From NCBI RefSeq assembly GCF_009914755.1, contig NC_060934.1: a stretch of 64,000 nucleotides of DNA; one strand, written 5' to 3'. The notes beneath the pieces are model-generated. The model ran no database searches and was not told where the DNA came from. It saw nothing but the letters and a program-made list of their open reading frames with translations. Source of the stretch: the human T2T-CHM13v2.0 reference genome, Homo sapiens. The position numbers and the translations under genes were made by a program. Each line of letters begins with the position of its first letter. Within the stretch, counting starts at the first letter, position 1. This document shows, piece after piece, positions 1 to 14,211 of the stretch.

Positions 1-138
<138 letters not shown>

Positions 139-479
139 TGGTGAGTGTGAAGCAATCTTAAAGATTAGTGAATTATTTGCTAAGGGAAAATGAAGCCTAA
201 CCCTGCCTCAGTCAGAACACTAAATAATTTTGGTATAATAAGGATGACAAAGATGTTCTACCCCAGAATCCACATCAGCGGCTATGAACAGACTCCAAGG
301 CAGTGCCACCATCTTTAGGCTGTGGCTTAGCAAGAATTTAAGAACGTTCCTTTGTTCTCAAGAGAATGCCCAAGGCTTGTAGAAGCTGAACAGTTTCTGC
401 AGTTGCTCTGATGCCCAGATGGGAGATGAGAGGTGTACTCATTGATTTTCCCCACTCACCATTCCCCTTCACACACAAA

Positions 480-1013
480 TGTTACAGGAAAGGGGTTCCG
501 ATCCAGACCCCAAAAGAGGGTTCTTGGATCTCATGCAAGAAAGAATTCAGGGCTAGTCTGCAGTGCAAAGCAGAAGGAAGGTTATTAAGCAAGTAAAGTG
601 ATGAAAGAACAGCCTCTCCATAGACAGAGTAGGACGTTCCCAAAAGTAAGAGGAGGAATGAGTCCACCCTAGGTACGATGCTTGTTTTTATACAGGATAA
701 AAAGATTGTGAGGAGATGTGCTCTGCTACAAGGGTTTGTGATAAAGGATTAATTTCTTAATTACTATAGTTTGCAAGAATAAATATTATTTTTAAAGCAA
801 AATTAGGAATGTTTTTGTTGTCAAGATACTGAAATATTAGGACACTCCCAAGTCTGGGTCTGTTTAGTAAACGTTATCAATCTGTTCCCTTAACCATAAA
901 CATCTAGAAGCTAGGAATGCCTAACTTTCTGGGAACACAGCCCAGCAAGTCTCAGCCTCATTTTTGTAGGCCTCACCCAAGATGGAGTTGCTCTGGTTTG
1001 AATGCCTCTGACA
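480..1013 (-). mobile_element. MER41-family solo LTR (ERV1; probably MER41C/D type)
   Basis: Begins TGTTACAGGAAAGGGG..ATCCAGACCCCAA and ends GATGGAGTTGCTCTGGTTTGAATGCCTCTGACA (reverse complement of MER41 termini); 4-bp TSD CAAA at 476-479 and 1014-1017. Confidence 0.88.
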
Positions 1014-1633
1014 CAAATATACACATACAATCCAAGGACTCTTCCTCTGGGTGTCTGAAAGCCCTCTTTGCTCTTTCCTCTTTTGCGGAAATTATTCTGA
1101 GTTAACATAAAACTATCACGTATTGATACCTGGTTACCTACAAAGGTGTTTAAAAACAGTGAGTGCTGAGATGGGTCCATTGAAAGAAGAAAGATTTCTG
1201 AAGTGGCCAATATGTCATGCTCTTCACTAATTCTTCTTAAAAATTATTTTCAGTGTCAATTTGGTACTTTTTAAATTTTAGATGCAGAATAGAATGGTCT
1301 TTTTAATGCCGTGTCTTCAAATTACATAGGCATAAACCAGAGGGTGGACATACACCTGCAGCTGGTGACTGCTCGTAGTATTTATAATGCAAAACAGCTA
1401 ATTAAGATGATGGTCAAGTGGTAGTTTTCTGCTGATATTAGCACATAAAATCATGGTTGTGTCTCTCTGTGCTTTCACCCTGTTACAGTACCAGCAAGCT
1501 AAAAATCAATGCTTGATGTCAACACTAGATCTTTCCAAAATATACTAGCCACATCTTCGAAAGAAATACATTTGAATTGGCATCCGCTTGTGGTCACACA
1601 TCATCCCAGTCTAAACTGATATTCCTTTAAAAC

Positions 1634-1795
1634 CACAGTTTCTCAAGTGGGCCCTGGGGAACACCTACGTCAGAAACAAGTTCAGACATTTTTTAAGATA
1701 CAGGTAACTTGATTGAACTCTGGATGTAGTAGATTAGGTTTGAGAAATCTGTATTGTAACAGCAGCCCCCAGGTGATTTTAATCACGCTCTAAAA
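1634..1795. mobile_element. MER5-like hAT-Charlie DNA transposon relic
   Basis: CAGTTTCTCAAGTG start; AATCTGTATT..AACAGCAGCCCCCAGGTGATT core typical of MER5. Confidence 0.6.
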
Positions 1796-3984
1796 CAAAA
1801 TTGAGTAACTTGACCAAGGTCTTGTAGTATCCTTATGATAATAAAATAACCAATGATTTTATTAAATCGTTCATAGGACAAACAGTTCTATGAAGGGAAA
1901 ATAATGTTATGAGACTGGGATACCTGACCATATCCTCCAGTTCCTGACTTCACATCCTATTCTGAATCAGTCTCTTTGGACTCCAACACCAGCCCCTCCT
2001 TTATCTCCCACACTGAGCCGCTCTACCCAGGTCATGAGGTACTTCCTAAGCCAGGTGCACTCTTCACTTAGCATCCTGATCTGTGTGTGAATTCTGCGGG
2101 AGGAAGAGGTTGATGGTAAAGTCTACAAGTTCAATTTCTCTTCTCACTTCTGTTTGATAAATTTTGAATCAGAATTAATCATCTCTACTAAAGTAAACTT
2201 TTAGAGATTGTTTAATTGGAAACTCATCATTTTTAGAAATAAAAGGCAATATCAATCCTGATGATAGTCAGCACTCTGTGGTCCCACAGACAGGAGCAAA
2301 TGGTGTTGGGAACAGGCCCTGGCCTGTCCTGGTGCTCCAGTCCCTCTCATGGTATTACAGGTGCATTAATGGCTATATTGACTCTACCTTACGAGAAAAA
2401 CAATAAGTAGAGGATTGACTGGGTGCTCAGACAGCCTTAAACAAAGGTGGCTGAGAGTGAGGAAAGTACACAGAATTTTAAGCCTCAAGTATTCCATATT
2501 TGCCTAACGGCAATGTGGTGAAAGGTACTCAAGTTCTTTCAAAAGACAGGCAACATCTTTGCAACCCTTTCTGTTACCATTGGGTTTGAGAAGTGCTCAA
2601 GTGGACAAAGTCTACTCAACAAAATTCATTTGACGCTACTGTAAAACTCCTTGGCCACAAATTTGGAAAGTTTTTAGTAATCATTTGTTCCCAAGATTTA
2701 ATTAAAATTTAAGCCACACATCTGTTTGAAAACATATCAGCAGAGATTCAGATGCTTGTTGCTGGGATGATGATTGACAGGGAGGAACAGATTGACTTGG
2801 CATATATGTAGAACTCATTAATCTTCTTCAAGTACATTCCTGGGAAACATGGAGTTCTCTCAACAAGCTGTTACCAAAGCAGCACTTTCATTTGCACAGT
2901 TGGAACCCTAAGAGTTTAAGTGGAAGTCACAAGTTAAGGGAGGAAGGCAAAGTGTATTGTGATAAAGTTTTCTGTGATTATATAATCTTACATTGAGAGC
3001 AGCAGAACGTTAGTTAAATAATATCACAGCCTTGCTCCAGTTCCTATAGTCTTAATATCTAAATAGGATACAGCCAACTCTAAGGTCAGTCTTAGATATC
3101 ACTTGTTAAATGAGGATCATTAACTGCTTCCAAATTTTGTATCTCTTTTAGGTATTTATCTTTGTATTTCAAAAGGAATGTTAATTTATTCACTAGAGAC
3201 CAGGGAGCCTTCTAAGCTACCTTGGTTTATCACTGGAAGATTAAATGCTAAAATGATACAAGAGAAAAAAAATTAAAGATGAAGCTATCCTCTTCTCAAA
3301 GAGACAAAATCTCAAAAAAAAAAAAAAAATAGAGAGCAACCCCACTCAAGAAGACACCTTGCAAATATTGGCGGGAGAGTTGGGTTGATGGGAATTTTCA
3401 TGAACTTAGCATTTCTGGCTTCGTGCTTTCTCTGAGTGCTGTCTCTGCAAATTTAAATCCATCTTATTTCAGAATGCTGGGTTTGTAACTGAGAAGAAAT
3501 AGTGCAGATGGCTAAATTATGCTCACTTGTTCAAAACCATGACAACTTACCATAATATAGCTGTAAACACCTGAAATTAATTAGAGTACATTTCAATGTG
3601 GAGAGTATGATTTACAGTATGGGCTTAAATACAGAGATGTGTTTTGATTTCAAGTCATCACTTCTTATTTTACCTATAAATGTTGATTAAACAGAGTTTG
3701 TTTTGTCTTTTAATGAAGATGATTTTTAAGGGTCAAGGGGAGGAGCATAGAGTCCAATATTCAGAGCATATACATTTTAGAAGAACGAGAGTACAATTTT
3801 CTTAAAACTGTGATACAAACTTTTAATGATCATTATGGAGACATAGGAAGGTACACTAATAGTTTTTAAATACCTATTATGGGTCATTAATTTTTTACAA
3901 AACTGCCTCCTGAACTTTATTGTAGGACTTTCAAGAGCTAAAACTACATCTTGTTGAATCTCTTTACCTCAGAGTAACTTACAG

Positions 3985-4080
3985 AGGGAAAAGCCCAGTG
4001 TATGAGTCAGAGAAACTCCAGTTTGAATCTGGACTTTGCAGCTGTCTGTATGCCCTTGGGCGAATGGCTTAATCACTTTG
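3985..4080 (+). mobile_element. MIR fragment
   Basis: GAGTCAGA...TTTGAATCT...CCTTGGGC..TGGCTTAATC MIR core. Confidence 0.6.
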
Positions 4081-4149
4081 ACAGAGAAGGAATCCTCGCA
4101 CATTAGGAAGAAAGAATCAGAGAAAATGGACAAAGGCTTTGTCCAGACA

Positions 4150-5000
4150 AGGAGATCTCTTTGGGGAAACAATAAGTTAAGGTCAAAGTATGTTGAATCT
4201 GAGATGCTAATGGGCCATCCAGGAAAAGATTGACGGCAAGTAGTAGAGAATTGGAGTCCAGGAGAGAGCTGAGGCACACAGATATCTACTTGGAAGTCAC
4301 TGGCGGATAATATTTGAATTTCTGAAATTAAATGAGATCACTGAAGAAGAGAGTATGAAGAAAACAAAATACCTCTAAGTAAATTCTTGAAAAACTTAAA
4401 GATCAATCAGCAATAAAAGAAACCAAGAAAGGAAAACCTGGAAATAGGAAGAAAATTAAAACATTACCCTGTCACAGGGTATTTTGAATAGGAGAAAATA
4501 GACCACAAAATCAAAAGCTTGAGAGTAATCAAAAAAGATAAGGACTGGAAAAAAATAAAAGGCAACTGTATTTGACTCTTCAGGAACATTCTCAGTAAAA
4601 TGGCAGAGACAGAAGCCAGATTCGAAGAGGTGAGGAGTTGTTAAAAAAAAAAAAAAAGAAAAAGAAAAAGAGAGAGACAGAGAAAGGAAAAAGCAGGCAC
4701 TAAGTAAAGAAAAAACACTTAAAAGAAGTTTAGGGTAAAAGGAGAGGTGAAAATAGCAAAATAATTTGAGGCAACTCAGAGAACATCTTTGAAAGTGGGG
4801 AGACCGGAGTATGTTTGCTGATAGGGACAAAGAGGGCAGAGAGAGAAAGAAATTGATAGAGCGAGTTTCCGAGGAACCTAGGAGGAATAAGATGTGGAAC
4901 ACACAGAGTTGGGTTAACCTTGAAAAGACAGAATCTTCTTCCTCTGAGCCAGAGGGAGAAAGGATAAAGGGAGATACAGATAAATCTTATGATGGCTTAC
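4150..5000 (-). mobile_element. L2 LINE fragment (degraded)
   Basis: Purine-rich L2-like text (ATGTTGAATCTGAGATGC..CATCCAGG..AGGAGAGAGCTGAGG..GGAAGTCA). Confidence 0.6.
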
Positions 5001-5540
5001 TAAATTGAAAATATGGACCTCATGCTCCAACTCAATTTCTCTTTCCTCACTTATCTGTAGTTCTACGCCTGTCTTCCCCCACTTATGAGATATCAAGTAA
5101 AATCCTATCTTGGAGAAGAAAAGAATGGATTCACTTTTAAGAAATAGTTAACTTCAGGCCACTGAGGTATTTCTTAGAATGAATCAAGAGGTCACCCTGA
5201 TATATTATTATGGTCTAAAAGAATTGATGCACTTTGAAAAAGGAAGCAGCTTAATCCCTTTCCCTAGTAGGATTAGGCATAAAGTAGACTATTTAATACT
5301 TGAAGAGACCTTTAAGGATCTTCTTTACAAACAGGATAATGTTAAATCTGTCTATGCAAATATAATGAACTAATTAGATTAATACCACATAACTTTACTT
5401 CAAGTAAAGAAAAAAATGAATTTTCTGTCATTAAAATCCCATTACATCAGCCTTAGTATATGTATGGAGGGATCTTAGTTTACCTCCTGTTTTAATCACC
5501 TCTATTTACCACATTGGAAAGACAGGAACCCCTTCCCCAG

Positions 5541-6310
5541 AGTGTTAGAGAAGTTGAAGCACTCAATACCCAATACTGGCAGATGAAATCAACAGCACTT
5601 GATGAGTCTCATGGACTCAGAGACTGGGAGAGGAGAGAGTGTCAGAGTACACAGGACCACACAGCATGATTGCACTTGGGAACAGGATGAACACCTACAG
5701 CTGTGGAAGTCAGAACGTGTAGTATCAAAAGGGTGAGATGCCCTCTGGTTCCCATAGCAGGCTGTGATTGGCTTGTTGGGATAATCCCACAGTTCAGCAG
5801 AGAACTGAAACCCACCACTTGGGTGAGCAGGAACCGTACCTTGTCCCTTCGATTAGGAAGGTTTGGACCGGGTGCGGTGGCTCACACCTGTAATCCCAGC
5901 ACTTTGGGAGGCCAAGGTGGGTGGATCATGAGGTCAGGAGTTCAAGACCACCCTGGCCAAGATGGTGAAACCCCATCTCTACTAAAAATACAAAAAAATT
6001 AGCTGGGCATGGTGGCGGGCACCTGTAATCCTAGCTACTCAGGAGGCTGAGGCCGAGAATCGCTTGAACCCTGGAGGCGGAGGCTGCAGTGAGCCGAGAT
6101 AGCGCCACTGCACTCCAGCCTGGGCGACAGAGTGAGACTCTTTGTCTCCAAAAACAAACAAACAAAAACAAAAACAACAACAACAAAAACGAACATTTGG
6201 CTTGGGGGACCTTATCCACAGGAGCAGAATGGGGAGGGAATTTGTGGTCAGACCATTAGAGGCCCTCCTGGTTTACTAAATATCAAGGTGTTACATAATG
6301 ATGAGCCATA
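5541..6310 (-). mobile_element. Old LTR (ERVL-like, family unresolved) interrupted by an Alu
   Basis: LTR-like text (GTGATTGGCT, GAACTGAAACCCAC) that continues on both sides of the Alu at 5866. Confidence 0.4.
5866..6190 (+). mobile_element. AluSg-like full-length Alu
   Basis: Complete dimer; GGATCATGAGGTCAGGAGTTC and CCAAGATGG diagnostics; (CAAA/CAA)n tail. Confidence 0.95.
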
Positions 6311-6450
6311 ATTTTAGACTTTACACCACATAAAGTGAGCAAACCTGTGGGATAAATAGCCATGATTCAATGGGACTGGGCTGTAACTAGTGGTAGCATA
6401 AGCATTTTGCCAGTGTTCATAGGGGTGGGGGCTTCAAGAAAGCTTTTGGA

Positions 6451-6746
6451 TTTTTTTTTTTTTTTTTGAGACAGAGTCTTGCTCTGTCGCCAGGCTGTAG
6501 TGCAGTGGTGCGATCTCGACTCATTGCAACCTCCGCCTCCCGAGTTCAAGCGATTCTACTGCCTCAGCCTCCTGAGTAGCTGAGACTACAGGCACATGCC
6601 ACCATGTCTGGCTAATTTTTGTATTTTTAGTAGAGATGGGGTTTCATCATGTTGGTCAGGCTGGTCTCGATCTCCTGACCTTGTGATCTGCCCACCTTGG
6701 CCTCCCAATGTGTTGGGATTACAGGCATGAGCCACCATGCCCAGAC
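6451..6746 (-). mobile_element. AluSc-like full-length Alu
   Basis: Poly-T then reverse Alu; TGTCGCCAGGCT (Sc-type 1-nt deletion); TSD AGCTTTTGGA at 6441-6450 and 6747-6756. Confidence 0.95.
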
Positions 6747-7119
6747 AGCTTTTGGAATCTTATTGGAGTAATTTGCATTGTTACTTGATGTACTTTCCAC
6801 AAACACAGTTTGATATAAATAAAAACACTGGTCACATAAATACCCCTAATGCTTTTGGTCTATTTTGAAATGGCAGGTGCTCTGTCAGCAAATATTCCTT
6901 CTTTAAGTGAAGTGTTCCTCACGGAGGAGAATTGAACGAATCTCAAGACACTGATGAAGTATGTCCATTTTGTGGCTGGCAACTCTAGACCTTATAGTTG
7001 TATTTAACTGTGACCCCAAACAGGGTTTCTGGTTTGACTCTTGGCCCAGAATGTCAGCAAGTGTCCCAACAGGTAACAGATGTCACCATGAAGCAGGGTC
7101 TGTGAAAAGAGTTTGATGA

Positions 7120-7745
7120 GGGTGCCGACAGGGACAGAAAAACACCAGTTATTTTAACAGAGAGAATTTAATACAAGGAAGTATTTACTGGGTAACTGAA
7201 AGGGTAAGGATGAATTCTTAATAATCACAGAAGACAAATGAGCTGCATGAAGCAGCTCGGGCTGGAGGAACTACGGGCATCAGTTGGGATTATTAAAATG
7301 CAGAAGATGACAGATGGGATCTTGTGGACAAGAAGCAGACCTCTGAGGAGGGGGCTCCACTGGCTAGTGTTGCTGGGGCAAGAGGAGGCTTGTTTTGAAA
7401 GTTTTGGAAAACAAACAGCAAATTGGACAAGCTGGATTCACTTGCTGCTGCTGCTGCTGCTGCTGCTTCAACAAAATGCCACTGCCGGAGTAAAATGGTA
7501 AGCTGCCATGATGCACATAGGAACAAGAGGCAAACAAGAGGGAGGAAGCCTCCTCTTCCTCCAGCCTGGAAGTCTCCTTCTAGCATGGAAGGAGACACAA
7601 GACTTAGCTCTTAAGAGACTTGAGACTTAGCTCTTAACCAAGAGCTCGTTGGCCATGCAAAGATAGAAACCAGCCCCAGAAATGCCAAGAGATGGATAAG
7701 AGGGTGAGTTTTGAAGCTGACAGTCAGTAGCTTTATAACCGGCCC
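7120..7745 (-). mobile_element. Old ERVL LTR (LTR41/LTR33-like)
   Basis: CAGGGACAGAAAAACAC..TTAACAGAGAGAATTTAATACAAGGAA start resembles the reverse 3' end of LTR33/41; highly diverged. Confidence 0.45.
7443..7466 (+). repeat. (TGC/CTG)8 trinucleotide microsatellite
   Basis: TGCTGCTGCTGCTGCTGCTGCTGC seen directly. Confidence 0.95.
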
Positions 7746-8639
7746 AGGAATATTTAGAAAACTGGGGACAACATTAAGGGAAACTTCAACAATGTGAAGA
7801 ATCCAAGGATATAAACCATGGGATAGGGGATGGGGGAGTATCCTCAGGCCTGTTTCTAGCATTTGTTGGGCCCCAGGGCAGGAGCCCAAATGGAGAGCCA
7901 CCTACCATAGGTCCATCTATTTAAAAGTTATAAGTTAAGAAAACTGTGAAATGAAGTACATTTCATCCACTTACCTTAAAAAATACTTCATAACGACCTG
8001 GAGGCTTGCTTCGAATTTGGAATACTAGGACTCCTTGGGGTGATCCTGGAAGTTTTTGGTGTCAGGAGAACCAGCCATCCTTGCCACTCAGCCACTGGCC
8101 CACACCCTCACGCTCTGTACCACCTCCAGCTCTGTACCACCCCATGAGTGGGTCTCACATGAGTCTAGATAACCCAGCTCATGTATCCTAGCTCAGATCC
8201 CAACCCCCATGAACAACTGACATTTTCTTACCCCTTAAGCCTATGACTGAAAACATTACAGGTGCATAATCGACCCAGGGAAAAGACAGACCTGACAGAA
8301 CCTGCAAGTAGGCTTGGAGCCATTTGGGCAGAAGACTTGGGGGGTCCGTGGCCGCGGGAGCCTGATTAGGAAGGGTGCAGTGCATACAGTCCAAGTGCGA
8401 TGAGCCCTTGTCCCCAAGGGCTCTTCATGGAATGAGGAGGGTTATGGGCAAAAGGGGAAAAGCAGAGCCCACCCAAAGCACAAGCCCTAGAGGCAGTGCA
8501 GCAGCCACTGTCACCCTCAGGCATAAAGGGGAAGGCAGTGGTCACCAGAGCATCCTGAGAGTTGTTGCTAGTAGGGGTGCCCTGACAAAGGCCATGTCCT
8601 TCAGTAGCAGGGTACTACCACTGCCAGTCCCCATTTGCC

Positions 8640-8855
8640 AAGTTGGAAGATGAGCTGACAATGACCGCCCCCATGTCTCCTTCCTGCCTCCCTCTGGTCT
8701 GCCAGCATCTGCCATTGGCTGAACTCAACTGGAAACCATAGGGCAAGAGAGCCCCAGTGCTGCATTCAATGGAGCTCAGCCTCCTGGTCTCAGAGAGAGA
8801 TGCAGAAGGGTGGACAGTGGATTGAGAGGGCCAAGTAGAGGCTACACAGTGCACC
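8640..8855 (-). mobile_element. LTR33-like ERVL LTR fragment
   Basis: CCATTGGCTGAACTCAACTGGAAACCA..GGGCAAGAGAGCCC..CAGCCTCC..GGGTGGACAGTGGATT motif string. Confidence 0.6.
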
Positions 8856-11331
8856 TGCTGACCAGGCTCTTGAATCTTTGCCACTCCCTATGCTTGATCT
8901 CAAGTGTCTCTGGTTAAATCTCCTGCAGCTCCCTCTCTGTCTGCTCTCCTGGCTTTAAGCCATTATCTGTCCCTAGAGTCTCCTGGTGTCAGCCTTGTGT
9001 GTCCTCCCACCCCTATCCCCTGCCCAAACAACCCACCCTATTCTTAGCATGGTCAGCTATCAAATTTCCAGCCCCAAACATACTACAGAATATGAGATGG
9101 GTAGCAGTTTGGTATTGAGACTGGAATAACGTTGGAACCATTATGAGCATGGAGAAATTACTGAAGGAAAGGAGAAACATCAAGGAAAGGAGGCCACCGT
9201 ACTGACTATATGTGACTGTTCTTTGTTACACCCACATGGTCTTATGAGCTGGAAGGAACCACGTTTTTCTCTTGCCCTCCTTACTAGTTCTGATTTTCGT
9301 TAGCATTTTTTCTTTATCTTTTTGTTTGAGTGTCATCCTTTGTTTAATCTTCCCGCAATTCTCTTAAGAGGGAAGTAGGACATAAATGTATGTAGTAAAG
9401 AGCAGGAAAGTGAAAAGTAATACAGCTCAAAACTTCTTAGTCGTCAGATGGCTGCCCACAGAAGAAACATCCAGATGCTTTATGAAATGCTGATTTCTGA
9501 TCCACAATCTAGTCTTCTGGGCATCAGCCCTAAAGTAATTCTTGAGAATCACTGATGAACTGGTTAAGAGTACAGATCTTAAGAGTTATAGAGTAGCTAT
9601 GAGATTTAGAGATGGTTTTGTCATCTGAGACTTATTTTCTCATCTATACAAAGAAAAAGTAGCAATACATATTCTATGGGCTTTCAGTAAGTAGCAAAAG
9701 GGATAATTTAGGTCGGAGGACTTAGCACAATGTTTGCCTGTCACCATTAGAGAAAACTGTTTTGTTTTTACAACTGTTTTGTTTTTGCCCTGAGACTTTT
9801 GGGGATTGGCCTTTTGCTTAATTAAACTTAGGGAGAATCTCAAAGGCTTGCAAAGAACCAGCCCTCAACCCCACCGCCACCCCACCCCCACCTCTGTGCT
9901 ACTTTAGGAGTTTATTTGCCCATTAGATTTTCACCCATCAGTAATGCAGCTCATCCCACTATACAGATGGCAAAAGTAAGGCAGAGAAGGCCATATTCCC
10001 TGAACCAGGGTCCTGTGATACTTGGGTTCTGAAGCTAAACAGAAAACTCTAAAACTCCAACTCTTGAGATTACATTTATTCCTAAACGATATTGCCACTG
10101 CTTTTACTCAGCTTGCACTGAGAACGCCTCCCACTTGGAAATTGTACCACCAGGTATTAGGACTATGTGCAAAGTCCATCAGTGAAAAAGGCCAAGACAT
10201 AATAGAACACATTTGAAATAGCACAGGAAATACACATGTTCAGTTACAGAGGCTTTCAAAGTAAATGACTTGGCTACCTGAAGCAGAAAGTAAGACGATA
10301 AGCCAGGTGGCATAGGGCATCTTTTCTAGATTTTTATTTCTTTTTCCCTTGGGTGCTCAGGGAAGACTGCCAGGGGTAGTTCTAGTGAATCTTCGGGAAC
10401 AAATTATTTCCATCGAGGTAAAGGGAGAATTGGACTTTGCTGGCTCCCTTATTTTTTAAACCCCAGCTCTTTCCAAGAAAATACTTGAGGCAGCTAAAAA
10501 CTCCTCTCACTCCAGTGTCTTAATTTTGAGTTGATTGGAAGAAGCTTGTACCTTCTCTTGCTGGGGACAGCCTTCCTCAGATGAAAAGGGACTTCAAAGT
10601 GAAGTTTTAACAGTGTCACAGTCCCAGTTGTTTTATTGCAAAGTCTGGAAAGATGCATGTCAGCACGCAGCATCAGCCATCCACTCACAGACTAAAAACC
10701 CAAGGAACAGGTTCGACTGAGCATGAAACACAGCTCCCTGGCTCCTAGCACCCTCATTACCCTTATCTCATGCACACAGTCCTGGGTTCCAGGCTCCAAA
10801 ATGAAGATCCTCTCAGGAACCTTTTGCTTTGGGGGCTATTGCAACAGTCATCAAGAAAAATCTCCTGGCTAACCTACGTTCCAGTAGAAACATCTAAGCT
10901 GGCTTTGCCTTTTCACAGAGCAAGCAGGCTTTTTTAATTTTTAAGCTCCAGGAGACCTAGCTCCCCATACGGTGGTTCATGACTAAACAGGAGGTTGCAG
11001 AAAAGTAAGGAGTGAAATGTTGATTCTCCCAGGCCAAATCAGTGAATATTACAAGTGATGAGTTCATCAGATAACTTTCTGATGATCAGAAATACCAACA
11101 TCTGTGCAGGGAGTCCTGGATTTTTCAGGGAAAGGGAGGTCCCATCTACTTCTACCAATAATTAAAACATATAAGGCTACCCAAACCGTGTCCACTGTGA
11201 ACATTCCAGGTTCTGTAAGAGGCTGGATATTGTGGCGGCTGTGTTCTCTACACTCATACATTCTCCACAACTGTATGCTAATCCAAAGGAATTCAGTATC
11301 CTGACTGTCAGCCCCCAAAAAGACCCACGTA

Positions 11332-12368
<1,037 letters not shown>

Positions 12369-12559
12369 ATAGTTCCATGAATCTTCCTAGGCTAAGAAAT
12401 TTTACTTGCTAATTGAAGTTCATTTGTCAGTAAATGCCAAGAGTTTCATGCACTGCCTCTCCCAGACAGAATTTGCATCTTAATAGGATATACACCTGAT
12501 GATGCAGGTCAACAGAGATGGTAATGGGACAATGGGCTTCATTGTGAAAAAGCTGATAT

Positions 12560-12786
12560 AAATAGCTTCCATCAGCATGCCAGTGTTCTAAATGCTTTGA
12601 CGGGTATCACGTCACCTAATTCTCACATAGCTCTTTTGAGTCAAATCCAGTTATCCAGTTTTACAGATAAGGAAACTGAGATATAGAGGGTTGAGTAACT
12701 CACCAAAGGCCACACAAACATTGATGCCTCTATTCAAACACAAGTTAGCATGGTTCTGGAGCCCACTTACTTAACCCCTCTACCAC
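12560..12786 (-). mobile_element. MIR
   Basis: TTTTACAGATAAGGAAACTGAG...AGTAACTCACCAAAGGCCACAC core. Confidence 0.8.
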
Positions 12787-12787
12787 A

Positions 12788-13402
12788 TGATGAGGAAAGA
12801 AAAAACACACCAGGGCAAGTAGAAGTAAATGAAGACCAACCAAATGAAGACAGACAAAGGCTACTCACTCAGAGTTTGAAACTGCAAGGAAGGCAGCCAC
12901 CATCTCTTGCTTTTTGGCAGAGACTCAAAGACTGGCAGAGGAGAGGGAAAGCTTTTCCACTCTAAGATAGAAAAAACAGAAGGTGTCAGATGTGTCCTGA
13001 TTGGAGGCTGTTGGAATAGGGAAGCCGCACAGGCTAACTAGAGGGGGTAATTCCTGGATGATTAGTTGGAGGTACTATATTTGGCTTTCACTCCTTCTCT
13101 GTTTCTCTGCTTTCTTCCTAAATGGGAAGCAGGGGAAAAAAATTAGGGAAGCTGTGAGTCATTGACCAAGCCCTAGCCATTTTAGTCCAATTGTGACAGG
13201 GTTTATGATTTGACTTCCTGGATAATAATACAAGACAGTAGTCTGACTTCCTCCCAGTGAGATGAGTCTGAGTTATGGATAGCTGGCTTCTCTAGATAGT
13301 GTGTTGGTCTCCTGGGCTGGACACTGCAGACTGTGGGCCAGAGTTTTATTTTTATATTAATATATGACCAGGCCATTGTCAGTCTGTATTTTCAGTCTCT
13401 CA
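12788..13402 (-). mobile_element. ERV1 solo LTR (MER89/90/110-like)
   Basis: Ends GGCCATTGTC..GTATTTTCAGTCTCTCA; CTGATTGG CCAAT box; TG...CA termini. Confidence 0.6.
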
Positions 13403-13995
13403 GGCAGAAGAGTCCTTTGGAATAATTCAGCTGCCCCTGTATGTTCAAAGGCATCCCCCTGGAGAAGAGTCCTCCCAGCTGATTGCAGATTCTTTTACTG
13501 GGTTCCAGCAGGTTTCTGAATTAGGTTGAAGACTTGGCTTCTAGCAAACAGATGTCTGTTGGGTCCCCTGGTGCTGATCTCTCCTATACTACTTAATATT
13601 TGCCTGGTGGCTGGGGAGCCAAGGGGTAGAGAAATGGTTGGTCTCATTCCTCATCATGCCCCCAGAGTAAACTTCAAAGACTGGCCAAGGTTACAGCTGC
13701 TAAAGAAGTGGAGAATGTTCTCTTTCCATTTCTCCGTCTAAGCTAAAAAAAAACAAGTCTCAAAATTCCCTCCTAAGTGAGCTGAAGGTTAACCTACCTG
13801 GTCAACCTGCTTGATCCCATAGACGAGGTCCTTTACAGGAGCTAGTGACCTGCACAGAGGCCTGTCAACTTTAATTAAGCTAAAATAAGTTTCTGTGTTT
13901 AAGAGGACCAGGAACATCACAGAGAAACTCACATGTAAACAACACAGCTGGCTGTGCACCAGCTCTGTGCACATTATGATAAAAGCAGTAGAATA

Positions 13996-14211
13996 GGCTG
14001 GGTGTGGTGGGTCACACCTGTAATCCCAGCACTTTGGGAGGTCAAGGTGGGTGGATCACCTGAGGTCAGGAGTTTGAGACCAGCCTGGGCAACATGGAGA
14101 AACCTCATCTCTTCTAAAAATACAAAAATTAGCTGGGTGAGATCATGCCACTGCACACCAGCCTGGGCAACAAGAGAGAAACTCCATTTCAACAACAACA
14201 ACAACAACAAC
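13996..14211 (+). mobile_element. AluSq/Sp-like with ~95-nt right-arm deletion
   Basis: TTAGCTGGGT joined directly to GAGATCATGCC; (CAA)n tail; TSD AAAGCAGTAGA at 13982-13992 and 14212-14222. Confidence 0.93.

Noticed and set aside
7293-7614. Poly-Ala/poly-Leu ORFs
   Set aside because: Produced by a (CTG)8 microsatellite inside an old LTR; no domain or exon support
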